A DNA stretch of 64,000 nt from Spirochaetaceae bacterium (GTDB taxonomy: Bacteria > Spirochaetota > Spirochaetia > SZUA-6 > Bin103): the NCBI GenBank assembly GCA_028821475.1, contig JAPPGB010000073.1:71485-135484 (forward strand). Reading direction: 5' to 3'. This document shows, piece by piece, positions 53,767-63,516 of the stretch. The translations under genes were made by a program, and so were the position numbers. The notes beneath the pieces were generated by a model that worked only from the letters and a program-made list of their open reading frames with translations, was not told the origin of the DNA and did not search any database. How positions within the stretch are numbered: the first letter of the stretch is position 1; every line of letters starts with the position of its first letter.

Positions 53767-53990
53767 ATGGTCCCGCCCTCCTATAGTACCGGTCTCCGAT
53801 ACATCTGTCCGCACTTACAGCACTAAAGCGGTGCTGTTGCCGGCAGCGAGCCCAGGCCGACCGTGCGCCAGGTGAGCAGCTCCTCATCGACCGGCAGGGC
53901 GCCGCGCGGTTTCGCTTCCGCACCGGGAAGCCGAACGGGGTGCACGCCTCTGCGGTTGGCGGTTGACAGGGTGGGAGGGGTGCTGAATGA

Positions 53991-54737
53991 ATGGCGGCAG
54001 CTATGGTTCCCAACAAGATACTGGAGTGCATACGGCGCGGTGAGAAGGCGCTCGGGCTCACGCTCAGGGAGCCGTCCGGGCAACTGGTGGAGCTGGCCGG
54101 GCGCAGCGGGCTGGACTTCGTGAGCTTCGACGCCCAGCACGACACGTGGACGCCGGCGGAGATGGGGGAGATGTGCCGTATCGCCGACCCCTACGGCATG
54201 ACCGTCTCCACACGCATCCCGGACGGCGCGGAGAGCACCATCCTCAGCTACCTGGACCGCGGGGTGCGCGTGATCACGATTCCCAACCTGCTCACCGGTG
54301 AGCAGGCCAAGGACCTGGTGAAGTACAGTTTCTTCGCGCCGCTCGGGCTGCGCAGCGCCACCAGCATCGCCACCATGCACGGCCAGGTGGACGGCGACCA
54401 CGTGCGCCTGTTCCGGGAGATCAACGCCAACACCGTGATCGTGCCGCAACTGGAGAGCATCGTCGCTCTGGACAACATCGACGACATTCTCGCGGTGGAC
54501 GGCATCGACTACTTCGGCGCCGGCGCCGAGGACATGGCGCAGAGCCTGGGCCTGCCGGGCGAACCGCAGCATCCGCGCGTGGCGGAGACCTACGCGAAGA
54601 TCAACGAAAAGCTGCGCGCCGCGGGCAAGCGGATGTTCGGCGAAGTGGCGGAGGGCGTTTCCGCGTTCGACCTGACCAAGGACGCCATTGCCGACCTGCT
54701 GCAGCGGCACGGGCGGCAGACCAAGCTCGGCTGGTAG
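53991..54737 (+). CDS. HpcH/HpaI-family aldolase
   Basis: 248 aa. GLDFVSFDAQHDTW, VPQLESIVALDNIDDILAVDGIDYFGAGAEDMAQSLG follows the class II aldolase pattern. Confidence 0.8.
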   Translation: MAAAMVPNKILECIRRGEKALGLTLREPSGQLVELAGRSGLDFVSFDAQHDTWTPAEMGEMCRIADPYGMTVSTRIPDGAESTILSYLDRGVRVITIPNLLTGEQAKDLVKYSFFAPLGLRSATSIATMHGQVDGDHVRLFREINANTVIVPQLESIVALDNIDDILAVDGIDYFGAGAEDMAQSLGLPGEPQHPRVAETYAKINEKLRAAGKRMFGEVAEGVSAFDLTKDAIADLLQRHGRQTKLGW

Positions 54738-54747
54738 CGTAAGCGCG

Positions 54748-55710
54748 ATGACCGACGAGCAGCGCGCGGCCGCGTGGCGCCGTGACGGGTACCTGGTGGT
54801 GCGCGGAGCGTTCGGTCCCGAGCACCTCGATCCGGTGCGCGCCTTTATCGGCGGGCGGGTGGACGCGTTCGCCCGTGAGCGGCACGCGGACGGCGACTTG
54901 GCGACGCTGCACGAGAACGAGCCGTTTGGGCGCCGCTACGCCGCCATCCAGGAGGAGCTGTTCCGCCGGCAGCGGCCGCCGCAGGGCAGCAAGCCGCTGT
55001 TCGCCGTCTCCGACCTGTGCAACCGGGCGCTGTACGACCTGTACACCCATCCGGCCATCACCGATGTCCTGCGGGTGATCGTCGGGCCGGAGGTGACCCT
55101 GCACGGCATCTCGGTGATCCGGGTCAAGCTGCCGGAGGACTCGCAGACGGCGTTCCCGTGGCACCAGGACAGCCACTACTACAACGAGCACAAGACCGGC
55201 CGCTTCGAGGCCACCACCGAGCACATGCGGGTGATCACCACCTGGGTGCCGCTGGTGGATGTCGACACCGGCAACGGCTGCCTGTGGGTCATTCCCGGCA
55301 GCCACCGGTGGGGGTTCCTGTCCGGCGCCCGCTCCGCCGCGACCGGCCACGTGCTGATTCCGGAAGACGTGGAACGGCGCGGCACCCCTACCCCGCTGCC
55401 GATGCAGGCCGGCGACGTGGTGTTTCTGACCAACCTGACGCTGCACGCCAGCAAGGTGAACGGCAGCGACCGGGTGCGCTGGAGCCACGACTTCCGCTAT
55501 CACCCGACCGCCGCCTCTACCCCGGCGGGCTCGCCGGAGCGCGAGGCAACCGACTACCTGGACACCAAGTCGCACAGCTACGGCACGGAACCGCTGAGCG
55601 TGCTCAGCGCCGGCCCCACCCCGACCTGGGAGGAGTGGGAGCGGACCAGCCGCGCGCGCCGCGAAGCGCTCGCTACGGCGTCACCGGCATGGGGGAGCGA
55701 CGATGGCTGA
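54748..55710 (+). CDS. Phytanoyl-CoA dioxygenase (PhyH) family oxygenase
   Basis: WRRDGYLVVRGAF, FPWHQDSHYY, WVIPGSHRWG and LTLHASKVNGS motifs. ATG at 54748. Confidence 0.8.
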   Translation: MTDEQRAAAWRRDGYLVVRGAFGPEHLDPVRAFIGGRVDAFARERHADGDLATLHENEPFGRRYAAIQEELFRRQRPPQGSKPLFAVSDLCNRALYDLYTHPAITDVLRVIVGPEVTLHGISVIRVKLPEDSQTAFPWHQDSHYYNEHKTGRFEATTEHMRVITTWVPLVDVDTGNGCLWVIPGSHRWGFLSGARSAATGHVLIPEDVERRGTPTPLPMQAGDVVFLTNLTLHASKVNGSDRVRWSHDFRYHPTAASTPAGSPEREATDYLDTKSHSYGTEPLSVLSAGPTPTWEEWERTSRARREALATASPAWGSDDG

Positions 55711-56644
55711 CCGAATTGGATTTGGCGAGTTCACCTACGAGGTGGAGCCCGCGTGGGCGCAGTTGCCCGACGGCTGGATCATCAAGGACACCCCCGACGT
55801 GCTGGTCGACGACGCGCACGACCGGGTGTACGTGTTCACGCGTTGGAAGCACCCCGTGATGGTGTTCGACCGCGCCGGCACCTTCATCACCAGTTGGGGC
55901 TCAGAGCTGTTCACGATGCCGCACGGGCTCTCCATGGGGCCCGACGGGCACCTGTACCTGGTGGACGCGTTCGGCCACTGCATCCGCAAGTGCACGACGG
56001 ACGGCGAAGTGCTGCAGGTGTGGGGCACGCCGGACCGCAGCTCCGGCCACTACAGCGGCAAGCCGTTCAACGGCCCCACCAAGGTCGCCTTCGATCCGGG
56101 CACCGGTGACATGTACGTGGCCGACGGCTACGGCAACGCGCGCGTGCACAAGTACTCCGCCGCCGGCGAGTTCCTGTTCTCCTGGGGCGAGCCCGGCCAG
56201 GGACCGGGGCAGTTCAACCTCGTGCACGGCGTGCAGACCGACCGCGCCGGCAACGTCTACGTCGCCAGCCGCGAGGGCCACCGGGTGCAGGTGTTCGACG
56301 GCGGCGGCTCCTACCTGAGCGAGTGGCGCACCGGCGTGCACCGCCCCAACGGCTTCTTCATCACCGCGGCGGGCGGCGACCGGGAGCTGGTGTACGTCGG
56401 CGAGGCGGGCGCCGGCTTCGGCGAGAACCGCGGCATCCGCGGGTTCGGCGACTGCCTGGCGATCTTCGAGCTCGACGGCACCTGTCTGGCACGCATCTAC
56501 CACGGCTCCCCGGTCATGAAGGGGCCGCACGGCATCGGCGTCGACGCCGCCGGCAACCTCTATCTGACCCAGGTACTGTGGGGCAACGGCCCCTGGATCG
56601 ACCCCATGGACCAGCAGATGATGATCCGCCTGCGCCGGGTTTAG
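55703..56644 (+). CDS. NHL-repeat six-bladed beta-propeller protein
   Basis: Repeated blades: HGLSMGPDGHLYLVD, GDMYVADGYGNARVHKY, FNLVHGVQTDRAGNVYVASREGHRVQVF and PHGIGVDAAGNLYL. Confidence 0.75.
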   Translation: MADRIGFGEFTYEVEPAWAQLPDGWIIKDTPDVLVDDAHDRVYVFTRWKHPVMVFDRAGTFITSWGSELFTMPHGLSMGPDGHLYLVDAFGHCIRKCTTDGEVLQVWGTPDRSSGHYSGKPFNGPTKVAFDPGTGDMYVADGYGNARVHKYSAAGEFLFSWGEPGQGPGQFNLVHGVQTDRAGNVYVASREGHRVQVFDGGGSYLSEWRTGVHRPNGFFITAAGGDRELVYVGEAGAGFGENRGIRGFGDCLAIFELDGTCLARIYHGSPVMKGPHGIGVDAAGNLYLTQVLWGNGPWIDPMDQQMMIRLRRV

Positions 56645-56649
56645 TACCC

Positions 56650-57102
56650 TTATCGGACCGATTCGGGGACGTGGGTCTCTACGACCAACTCCTGCCCCAA
56701 CTCGCGGAGCGCGGCACCAATCCGGCTGGCGGCGGTGCGGTGGCGCGGGTCGAGCATGCGGCGCACCACCTTCCCGTCGACGCCGAGACGGCGCGCGAGG
56801 GCGCTGCGCGAGAGACCGCTGTCCTGAAGCGCAAGCACAAGAGCGGCTTTGGCCGCCGTATCCGCCGGTACGGCAACATCATGCTCATCCGTGCGCCGGG
56901 CACTCGGCGCCGGGATCGGATCGCTGTCTGCAGGCGGGTATACGATGCGGCCGGCAATGGCCACGTCGAGGGCGTCCGCGGCTTCCGCCAGGGCCTCGGT
57001 TTCGTCGGCGCCCGAGGTGATACACTCCGGCAGGTCACGGAACGAGACAACGACCTCGTCCGGGCCGGTCCGGTGCAGCCGTGCTGGATATACGAATCGC
57101 AT
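56650..57102 (-). CDS. hicB: HicB-family antitoxin with a C-terminal HTH
   Basis: MRFVYPARLHRTGPDEVVVSFRDLPECITSGADETEALAEAADAL (HicB fold) plus LSRSALARRLGVDGKVVRRMLDP (HTH). Confidence 0.75.
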   Translation of the reverse strand: MRFVYPARLHRTGPDEVVVSFRDLPECITSGADETEALAEAADALDVAIAGRIVYPPADSDPIPAPSARRTDEHDVAVPADTAAKAALVLALQDSGLSRSALARRLGVDGKVVRRMLDPRHRTAASRIGAALRELGQELVVETHVPESVR

Positions 57103-57124
57103 GACGTTCCCCCGCAACGGGACC

Positions 57125-57394
57125 TTACCTGAAGTCACTTCGTGGCAGCCCAAGTTGACCAATCATGGCAGACAACAACCCCGCACCCAACTCTTTTCGG
57201 CGATCCTTGACGATGGTCCTGTGACTGTCGCCGTACAAGAGGAGGATAAGGCTGCCCTTCCCCTTCATGGTGTCGATCTGAGCCACAATGCCACGCGAAC
57301 GGCCGATCTCGCGGACGCGGTCGACGAACTGCTGGCCCGTCACACACGGATGATAGGACACTAGTGTCCCACGATCAAGCACGCGTCCCGCCAT
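57125..57394 (-). CDS. HicA-like protein with non-canonical catalytic positions
   Basis: KGKGSLILLLYGDSHRTIVKDRRKELGAGLLSAMIGQLGL parallels the HicA G-S-H...H...L..IL.Q.GL pattern, but reads GSL where GSH is expected. The start is uncertain (ATG 57394 or GTG 57340). Confidence 0.55.
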   Translation of the reverse strand: MAGRVLDRGTLVSYHPCVTGQQFVDRVREIGRSRGIVAQIDTMKGKGSLILLLYGDSHRTIVKDRRKELGAGLLSAMIGQLGLPRSDFR

Positions 57395-57564
57395 CTCGCT
57401 ATTGCGCGGCACCGCCTGAGTGACTCGCCAGCTTGACCCTTTGACCGGTGCCGCCGACAAGGGTAGATTGCGACGCGCCGCGAGGCGCCGGATCCATGTA
57501 CGATGCCTGGTCCGGAGGAGCCGGCCGGCGGCCGCTGCTTGGGCATCGGTTTTCATCGTCTTCC

Positions 57565-58275
57565 ATGTCGCGGAATTACCGTACAGACTCTCACTTCGAT
57601 CTGGTCGAACGCGTCATCCTCCGTTGCGTCGTCGGCTCGCGCGCCTACGGACTGGACCGCGAGGGCTCCGACACCGACCGTCGCGGTGCGTATCTGCCGC
57701 CCGCCGACCTGCACTGGTCGCTGGCGGGAGCGCCGCCGCAATTGCAGAACGAATCTACCCAGGAGGTGTACTGGGAGATCCAGAAATTCATCGTGCTCGC
57801 CCTGAAAGCCAATCCGAACGTCCTGGAGTGTCTTTATACGCCGCTCGTGGAGACCGTCACGCCGCTGGGCGAGGAGCTGCTGGCCATGCGGGGGTGCTTT
57901 CTTTCCCGGCTGGTGCACCAGACCTACACGCACTACGTGGAGGCTCAGTTCAGGCGCATGCAGGCCGGGCTGCGCAGCCGCGGTGTGGTGAAGTGGAGGC
58001 ACGCGATGCACCTCCTGCGCCTGCTGCTGTCCGGCGTCACGGTGCTGCGGGAGGGTTTCGTCGCCGTCGACGTGAGGGAGCACCGGGAGCGGCTGCTGGC
58101 CGTCAGGTCGGGCAGGATCAGGTGGCAGGAGGTGGACGCGTGGCGGCGGGAACTGGTCGCTGAATTCGACGCCGCGCTGGCGCGCACCACCCTGCCGGCG
58201 CAGCCCGACTACGAGCGCGCCGACCGGTTTCTGATCCGTGCCCGCCGACGCGCGGTCGAGGAACGACTGCCGTGA
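57565..58275 (+). CDS. Pol-beta-superfamily nucleotidyltransferase (PF10127-like)
   Basis: VVGSRAYGLDREGSDTDRRGAYLPP and ANPNVLECLYTP patterns. ATG at 57565. Confidence 0.7.
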   Translation: MSRNYRTDSHFDLVERVILRCVVGSRAYGLDREGSDTDRRGAYLPPADLHWSLAGAPPQLQNESTQEVYWEIQKFIVLALKANPNVLECLYTPLVETVTPLGEELLAMRGCFLSRLVHQTYTHYVEAQFRRMQAGLRSRGVVKWRHAMHLLRLLLSGVTVLREGFVAVDVREHRERLLAVRSGRIRWQEVDAWRRELVAEFDAALARTTLPAQPDYERADRFLIRARRRAVEERLP

Positions 58276-59075
58276 GCTCTCCCACCCCAGGGATGCAACT
58301 CACCGGCGACGAGCGCCTGCAGCGGGTGGTTGACCGGCATCCCTATCCACTGCTGTTCGTCACGATCAGCGGTGCCCACCTGTACGGGTTTCCGTCTCCC
58401 GACTCCGACTACGACCTGCGCGGCGTCCACCTGTTGCCGCTGAAGCGAGTCATAGGCCTCGACGGCGGCGGCGAAACGGTGGAGACATCGCACCATCTCG
58501 CCGGGATGGAGATCGACCTGGTGACGCACGACGCGCGCAAGTTCTTCGGCCTGCTGCTGAAGCCGAACGGGTACGTGCTGGAGCAGGTGCACTCGCCGCT
58601 GGTCGTACACACCACGCCGGCGCACGAGGAGTTGAAGGCGATCGCCGCGGACTGCGTGACACGCCGCCACGAGCGGCACTATCGCGGCTTCGCCGCCGGG
58701 CAGTGGAAACTGTTTCAGCGCGAGCAGCCACCGCGGATCAAGCCGTTGTTGTACGTGTATCGCGTGCTCCTGACCGGCATCCACCTGATGCGGACGGGCG
58801 CGGTCGAGGCCAACCTGCGCACCCTCAACGACCGCGCAAGGTTGCCCTGCCTCGACGAGTTGATCGCGCGCAAAGCCGCCGGCCCGGAACAGGACCACCT
58901 GCCGGCAACCGATGTGCGACTCCATGCGGCGGAGTACGAGCGCCTGGCCGGTGTGCTGCGTGCGGCGGCGGACGCCTCCCACCTGCCGGAGCAACCGCGC
59001 GCCAAGCCCGCCCTGCACGACCTGCTGCTACGGCTGCGATTGCACGGACTCGCCGGCGCTCTCGCCGGTAGCTGA
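58272..59075 (+). CDS. Pol-beta-superfamily nucleotidyltransferase (PF10127-like), second paralogue
   Basis: ISGAHLYGFPSPDSDYDLRGVHLLP and PNGYVLEQVHSP patterns. The GTG start overlaps the upstream stop (GTGA). Confidence 0.7.
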   Translation: MSSPTPGMQLTGDERLQRVVDRHPYPLLFVTISGAHLYGFPSPDSDYDLRGVHLLPLKRVIGLDGGGETVETSHHLAGMEIDLVTHDARKFFGLLLKPNGYVLEQVHSPLVVHTTPAHEELKAIAADCVTRRHERHYRGFAAGQWKLFQREQPPRIKPLLYVYRVLLTGIHLMRTGAVEANLRTLNDRARLPCLDELIARKAAGPEQDHLPATDVRLHAAEYERLAGVLRAAADASHLPEQPRAKPALHDLLLRLRLHGLAGALAGS

Positions 59076-59147
59076 CTGCCGCAGGCCGGCCAACGACAAC
59101 GCACCGGCGCGACCACTGCCGGAAACGGAATGCACTCCGTTCCTTAA

Positions 59148-59810
59148 CCAGGGATGCGCCTGCCCACCTACGGTATCCCCCGTGTCATCGGCTGCGCGGA
59201 GCTGCTGTCGCACCATGTGGCCTTGCCGCGCGGGTGCCGCGACCAAGTGGAGGCGCGGCTCTCGTGGTTGGGCATCGTTGTGCGCCCCCGCGACGAGCGC
59301 AATCGCGGTCGTCCGCTCGCTGCGACATTCGAAGGCGAGCTGACGCAGGAGCAGGATGCTGCCGCGGAAGCGCTGCTGCGGCACGATACCGGCGTGCTGG
59401 CGGCGACCACCGCATTCGGCAAGACGGTAGTCGCGGCTTCCCTGATCGCCGCCCGCGGGTCCAATACCCTCGTCCGGGTCCATCGTCGCCAGCTCCTGGA
59501 CCAGTGGCTCGCCCGGCTCGCCAGCTTTCTCGATCTCCCTGGCGAGCAGATCGGTCAGATCGGCGGCGGCAAGCGGCGCCCGACCGGTGTCGTCGACGTC
59601 GCCGTCATCCAGAGCCTGGTACGCAAGGGCGAAGTCGATGACGTGGTCGCCGACTATGGCCAACTGATCGTCGACGAGTGTCACCACTTGTCGGCGGTGA
59701 GCTTCGAGGCGGTGGCGCGCCGCTGCAAGGCGCGGTATGTCCTCGGCCTGTCTGCCACGGTAACCCGCAGGGACGGGCATCATCCGATCATCTTCATGCG
59801 GAGACGGGGA
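59148..59810 (+). pseudogene. Internal fragment of an SF2 (DEAD/DEAH, res-subunit-like) helicase gene
   Basis: Motif I GVLAATTAFGKTVVAASLIA, motif II LIVDECHHLSA and motif III LGLSATVTRRDG. An in-frame TAA at 59145 cuts off the N-terminus. The RecA2 half is missing and the frame runs into the sulfatase gene. Confidence 0.6.
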
Positions 59811-59832
59811 TGTGGTAGGATCGGCGGCCGAG

Positions 59833-61599
59833 ATGGCGGCGCGCAGACCGAACTTCGTTTTCGTCCTTACCGACGATCAGGGCTACGGCGACCTGGGGTG
59901 CCACGGCAACGACGTGATCCGCACCCCCAACCTGGACCGCTTCCACGGCGACGCGGTGCGCTTTACCGACTTCCACGTCGGCACCACCTGCGCCCCCACC
60001 CGCTCCGGCCTGCTGACCGGCCACTTCTGCAACAGCGCCGGGGTGTGGCACACCATCGGTGGGCGCTCGCTGCTGCGCGAAGACGAGTGGACGCTCGCCG
60101 ACGCCCTGCGCGAGGCCGGCTACCGCACCGGCCAGTTCGGCAAGTGGCACCTGGGCGACAGCCAGCCGTTCCGGCCCCACGAGCGCGGCTTCGAGCGCGC
60201 CGTGTACCACAACGGCGGCGGCATCGGCAACATCGGCGACGCCTGGGGCAACGACTACTTCGACGACACCTACTACGTGAACGGCGAGCCGCGCAAGTTC
60301 GAGGGCTACTGCACCGACGTGTTCTTCCGCGAGGGCCTGCGCTTCATCGAGGAGCACCGCGACGAGCCGTTCTACTGCCACATCTCCACCAACGCTCCGC
60401 ACGGCCCGCTCAACGTCGAGCCGCACTACGCCGCCGCATACGCCGGCTCCACCCCGCACGAGGACCGCGCCCGCTTCTACGGCATGATCACCAACATTGA
60501 CGAGAACTTTGGCGTGCTCCTGCAACGGCTTGATGAACTGGGCCTGGCCGACGACACCATCGTGGTGTTCATGACCGACAACGGCACCGCCACCGGGGTG
60601 GAGCTGGACGCTCAGGGCTTCCCGCGGGAGGGGCCGGGCAGCTTCAACGCCGGCATGCGCGGCAAGAAAGGATCGCCCTACGAAGGCGGCCATCGGGTGC
60701 CGTTCCTGCTGCGCTACCCGGGCGGCGGCGCGCGCGGCGGCCGCGACGTGGAGCAACTCACCAGCTACGTGGACTTCATGCCCACCATTCTCGACCTGTG
60801 CGGGGTGACGCCGCCGCAACAGCGCACCTTCCACGGGCGCAGCCTGGCGCCGCTGATGCGCGGCGACGACGACGGCACCTGGGACCAGCGCATCCTGGTG
60901 GCCGACACGCAACGCATCGCCAACCCCGCCAAGTGGCGCCTGAGCTCGGTGATGCGGGGGCCCTGGCGCCTGGTGCACGGCCTGGAGCTGTACCACCTGG
61001 GCGACGACCCCGGCCAGCGCCGCGACGCCGCCGCCGAGCACCCGGACGTGGTGGCCGAGCTGCGCGCCGGCTACGAGCGCTGGTGGGATCTGGTCTCCGG
61101 GCAGTTCGACCGCGACGTGCCGATGGTGATCGGAGGGGACGACGAACCGGTGCGGCTCACCACCCACGACATGCGCAACGAGGCGTGCAACGGCGCCTGG
61201 AACCAGCGCCAGGTGCGGGAAGGCCACGTCGCCGGCGGCTACTGGGCGATCGACGTGCGCCGCGCCGGCCGTTACCGCGTCGAGCTGCGCCGCTGGCCGG
61301 AGGACGCCGGCTACGCCCTGGACGCCGGCATCGACGGCGATGACGTCCAGTGGCGGCGCGACGCCATCCAGGAGCAACATGAGCCGCACTACTCCGGCGG
61401 CGTGGCGCTGCCGATCGGCTGGGCCGCCCTGACCGTCGGCGGCAGCAGCCACCACCTGGAAACCGCGGCCGGCGACACCGCCGCCGTGTTCGAGGTCGAC
61501 CTCCAGGCCGGCCCCGACCGGCTCTCCGCCGCCTTCCACGACCGCATCGAGCGCACCATCGGCTCCTACTACGTCGCCATCCACCCCGCCGGCGACTGA
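59833..61599 (+). CDS. Arylsulfatase (formylglycine-dependent sulfatase family)
   Basis: PNFVFVLTDDQGYGDLGCHG and the C-x-P-x-R motif in HVGTTCAPTRSGLLTG. ATG at 59833. Confidence 0.9.
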   Translation: MAARRPNFVFVLTDDQGYGDLGCHGNDVIRTPNLDRFHGDAVRFTDFHVGTTCAPTRSGLLTGHFCNSAGVWHTIGGRSLLREDEWTLADALREAGYRTGQFGKWHLGDSQPFRPHERGFERAVYHNGGGIGNIGDAWGNDYFDDTYYVNGEPRKFEGYCTDVFFREGLRFIEEHRDEPFYCHISTNAPHGPLNVEPHYAAAYAGSTPHEDRARFYGMITNIDENFGVLLQRLDELGLADDTIVVFMTDNGTATGVELDAQGFPREGPGSFNAGMRGKKGSPYEGGHRVPFLLRYPGGGARGGRDVEQLTSYVDFMPTILDLCGVTPPQQRTFHGRSLAPLMRGDDDGTWDQRILVADTQRIANPAKWRLSSVMRGPWRLVHGLELYHLGDDPGQRRDAAAEHPDVVAELRAGYERWWDLVSGQFDRDVPMVIGGDDEPVRLTTHDMRNEACNGAWNQRQVREGHVAGGYWAIDVRRAGRYRVELRRWPEDAGYALDAGIDGDDVQWRRDAIQEQHEPHYSGGVALPIGWAALTVGGSSHHLETAAGDTAAVFEVDLQAGPDRLSAAFHDRIERTIGSYYVAIHPAGD

Positions 61600-61644
61600 C
61601 GCCACGCTTCCTGCGGCGTTCAGATTGACCTGCTCATCTCCCGC

Positions 61645-62124
61645 TCAAACAGGTCGGGGTCGTTCGGGTAGGGCTCGGTGTTGCCGGTGAACGAGAAGCC
61701 GATACTGCGATAACGTGACGGCGGTGTCGTTGCTGCTCGTAACCATCAAGGAGACGGCTCGCGCGTCCTTGCTCCGCGCCCAGTCCAGGATCGCGTGAAC
61801 CAGTGCCCGGCCAACGCCGCTGCGGCGATGCGAAGGAGCCACCCACATCGACACCAAGTGGGCCGCCCGCGGGTCCTCGCGATCCAGGAACCCGCCCACG
61901 ATCCCGCACGGCATGTCGCAGTCCAACGCCAGAAACGATGTGGAGCGGGCTCCGTTCCAGCGGTCGGCGCGCTGCAGCCAGTCTTCGTCGGTGTCTCTGG
62001 ACTCGTCTGCGTACGTAGACGAGAAGGCCGTGGGAGAGTCCTGCAGGGCGCGCAACCGTACGGCCTTGAACGCCAGTGCGTTCTGCCGCGTGATCGGTTC
62101 AATCGAAGCAACTACCCCAGCCAT
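61645..62124 (-). CDS. GNAT-family N-acetyltransferase with an apparent 3-prime frameshift
   Basis: Acetyl-CoA motif VAPSHRRSGVGRALV. The family-like C-terminus YRSIGFSFTGNTEPYPNDPDLFEREM appears only in another frame that ends at 61620. Confidence 0.7.
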   Translation of the reverse strand: MAGVVASIEPITRQNALAFKAVRLRALQDSPTAFSSTYADESRDTDEDWLQRADRWNGARSTSFLALDCDMPCGIVGGFLDREDPRAAHLVSMWVAPSHRRSGVGRALVHAILDWARSKDARAVSLMVTSSNDTAVTLSQYRLLVHRQHRALPERPRPV

Positions 62125-62270
62125 CGGGAGCCATCGGTGGCACGGTAGACGCGGGATGGAGCGTGCGTCAACGTGAGCGAATCGTACAAGGTCAAGAGCG
62201 GCGACCGGTCAATGGATCGTGTTCCATTTTTCGAATCGAAATGTGGACTACGGTCCTTTTTTCTCATAGG

Positions 62271-63440
62271 ATGGCGGTCGTGTTTCGCCGGCTTCTGCAG
62301 GTCAGTCGCGGCAGCTCGTTCTTTCTGTTCGGGGCGCGCGGTACCGGCAAGACCACCAACATCGGGCAAGAGTTCGATCCGGACGCGTCGTGGTACGTGG
62401 ATCTGCTCGATCCGGAGGTGGAGGACCGATTCCGGAGGAGGCCGGGCCTGCTGGAGAGCGAGGTCAGAGCGCTGCCAGCGACGGTGGAGTGGATCCTGAT
62501 CGACGAGGTGCAGCGGGCGCCCCGGCTGCTTGACGTGGTGCATCGGCTGATCGAAAGCACCGGCAAGCGTTTCGTGCTTACCGGATCGAGCGGCCGCAAG
62601 CTCAGGCGCGGGGCGTCCAATCTGCTGGCCGGGCGCGCGTTCGTGTACAACCTCTACCCGCTCACCGTACCGGAGCTCCACGACGCGTTCGCTCTCGAAG
62701 ACGCCCTGCACTGGGGCACGCTGCCGAGAATCTACTCGCTGGCGGGCAAGGAGGAGAAGAACGCCTACCTGCGCGCGTATGCGCTCACCTACCTGAAGGA
62801 GGAGGTCGTCGCCGAGCAGATCGTCAGGCGGCTCGACCCGTTCCGGGAGTTTCTGGAGGTGGCGGCCCAGTCGAACGGCACCATCATCAACTACGCCAAC
62901 ATCGCCCGAGACGTTGGGGCGGATCCCAAGACCGTCGTTTCCTACTTCGGCATCCTGGAAGACACGTTGGTGGGCTTTCACCTGCCAGCCTATCACCGCT
63001 CGGTCAGGAAGCAGCAACGCGCCAACCCGAAGTTCTACTACTTCGACATCGGCGTCAAACGGTCGCTGGAACGGACGCTGGAGGTGCCGCTTCGCGCCGG
63101 AACCTACGAATTCGGCAAGGCGTTCGAACACTTCGTCATCACCCAGATTCTGCACTTGGCGAGGTACCGCTACCCGGACTGGCGGCTGTCCTACCTGCAG
63201 ACCGGAGCCGGTGCCGAGATCGACCTGGTGATCGAGCGGCCCGGCATGCCGGTGGCGTTGATCGAGATCACGTCTTCCGACCGCATCGACGAGCGCGACA
63301 CGCGCACCCTGGAGCGGTTCGCCGGGGACTTCACCCGCCCGCTGGCCCTGTGCATCAGCAGGGATACGACGCGCATGCAGATCGGCGTCGTGCTGTGCCT
63401 GCACTGGCGAGACGCCTTGCGAGAGTTGGGCCTGGGATGA
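62271..63440 (+). CDS. AAA ATPase with a DUF4143 C-terminal domain
   Basis: Walker A FLFGARGTGKTT, Walker B WILIDEVQRAP and the DUF4143-like tail GKAFEHFVITQILHL...GAEIDLVIERPG. ATG at 62271. Confidence 0.8.
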   Translation: MAVVFRRLLQVSRGSSFFLFGARGTGKTTNIGQEFDPDASWYVDLLDPEVEDRFRRRPGLLESEVRALPATVEWILIDEVQRAPRLLDVVHRLIESTGKRFVLTGSSGRKLRRGASNLLAGRAFVYNLYPLTVPELHDAFALEDALHWGTLPRIYSLAGKEEKNAYLRAYALTYLKEEVVAEQIVRRLDPFREFLEVAAQSNGTIINYANIARDVGADPKTVVSYFGILEDTLVGFHLPAYHRSVRKQQRANPKFYYFDIGVKRSLERTLEVPLRAGTYEFGKAFEHFVITQILHLARYRYPDWRLSYLQTGAGAEIDLVIERPGMPVALIEITSSDRIDERDTRTLERFAGDFTRPLALCISRDTTRMQIGVVLCLHWRDALRELGLG

Positions 63441-63516
63441 GGCTGCCGCCCGACGGCGGGCGCTCCAAGCGGCCGGCGCGCTTGCCGCGGGACGGCGGGA
63501 GTGACAGAGTAGCGCC

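Noticed and set aside
59794-61605. 603-aa minus-strand ORF antisense to the sulfatase gene
   Set aside because: The sulfatase frame has the C-x-P-x-R motif and the full family layout. The antisense frame is low-complexity.
62112-63404. 430-aa minus-strand ORF antisense to the DUF4143 ATPase
   Set aside because: The plus-strand frame has Walker A and B motifs. The antisense frame has none.
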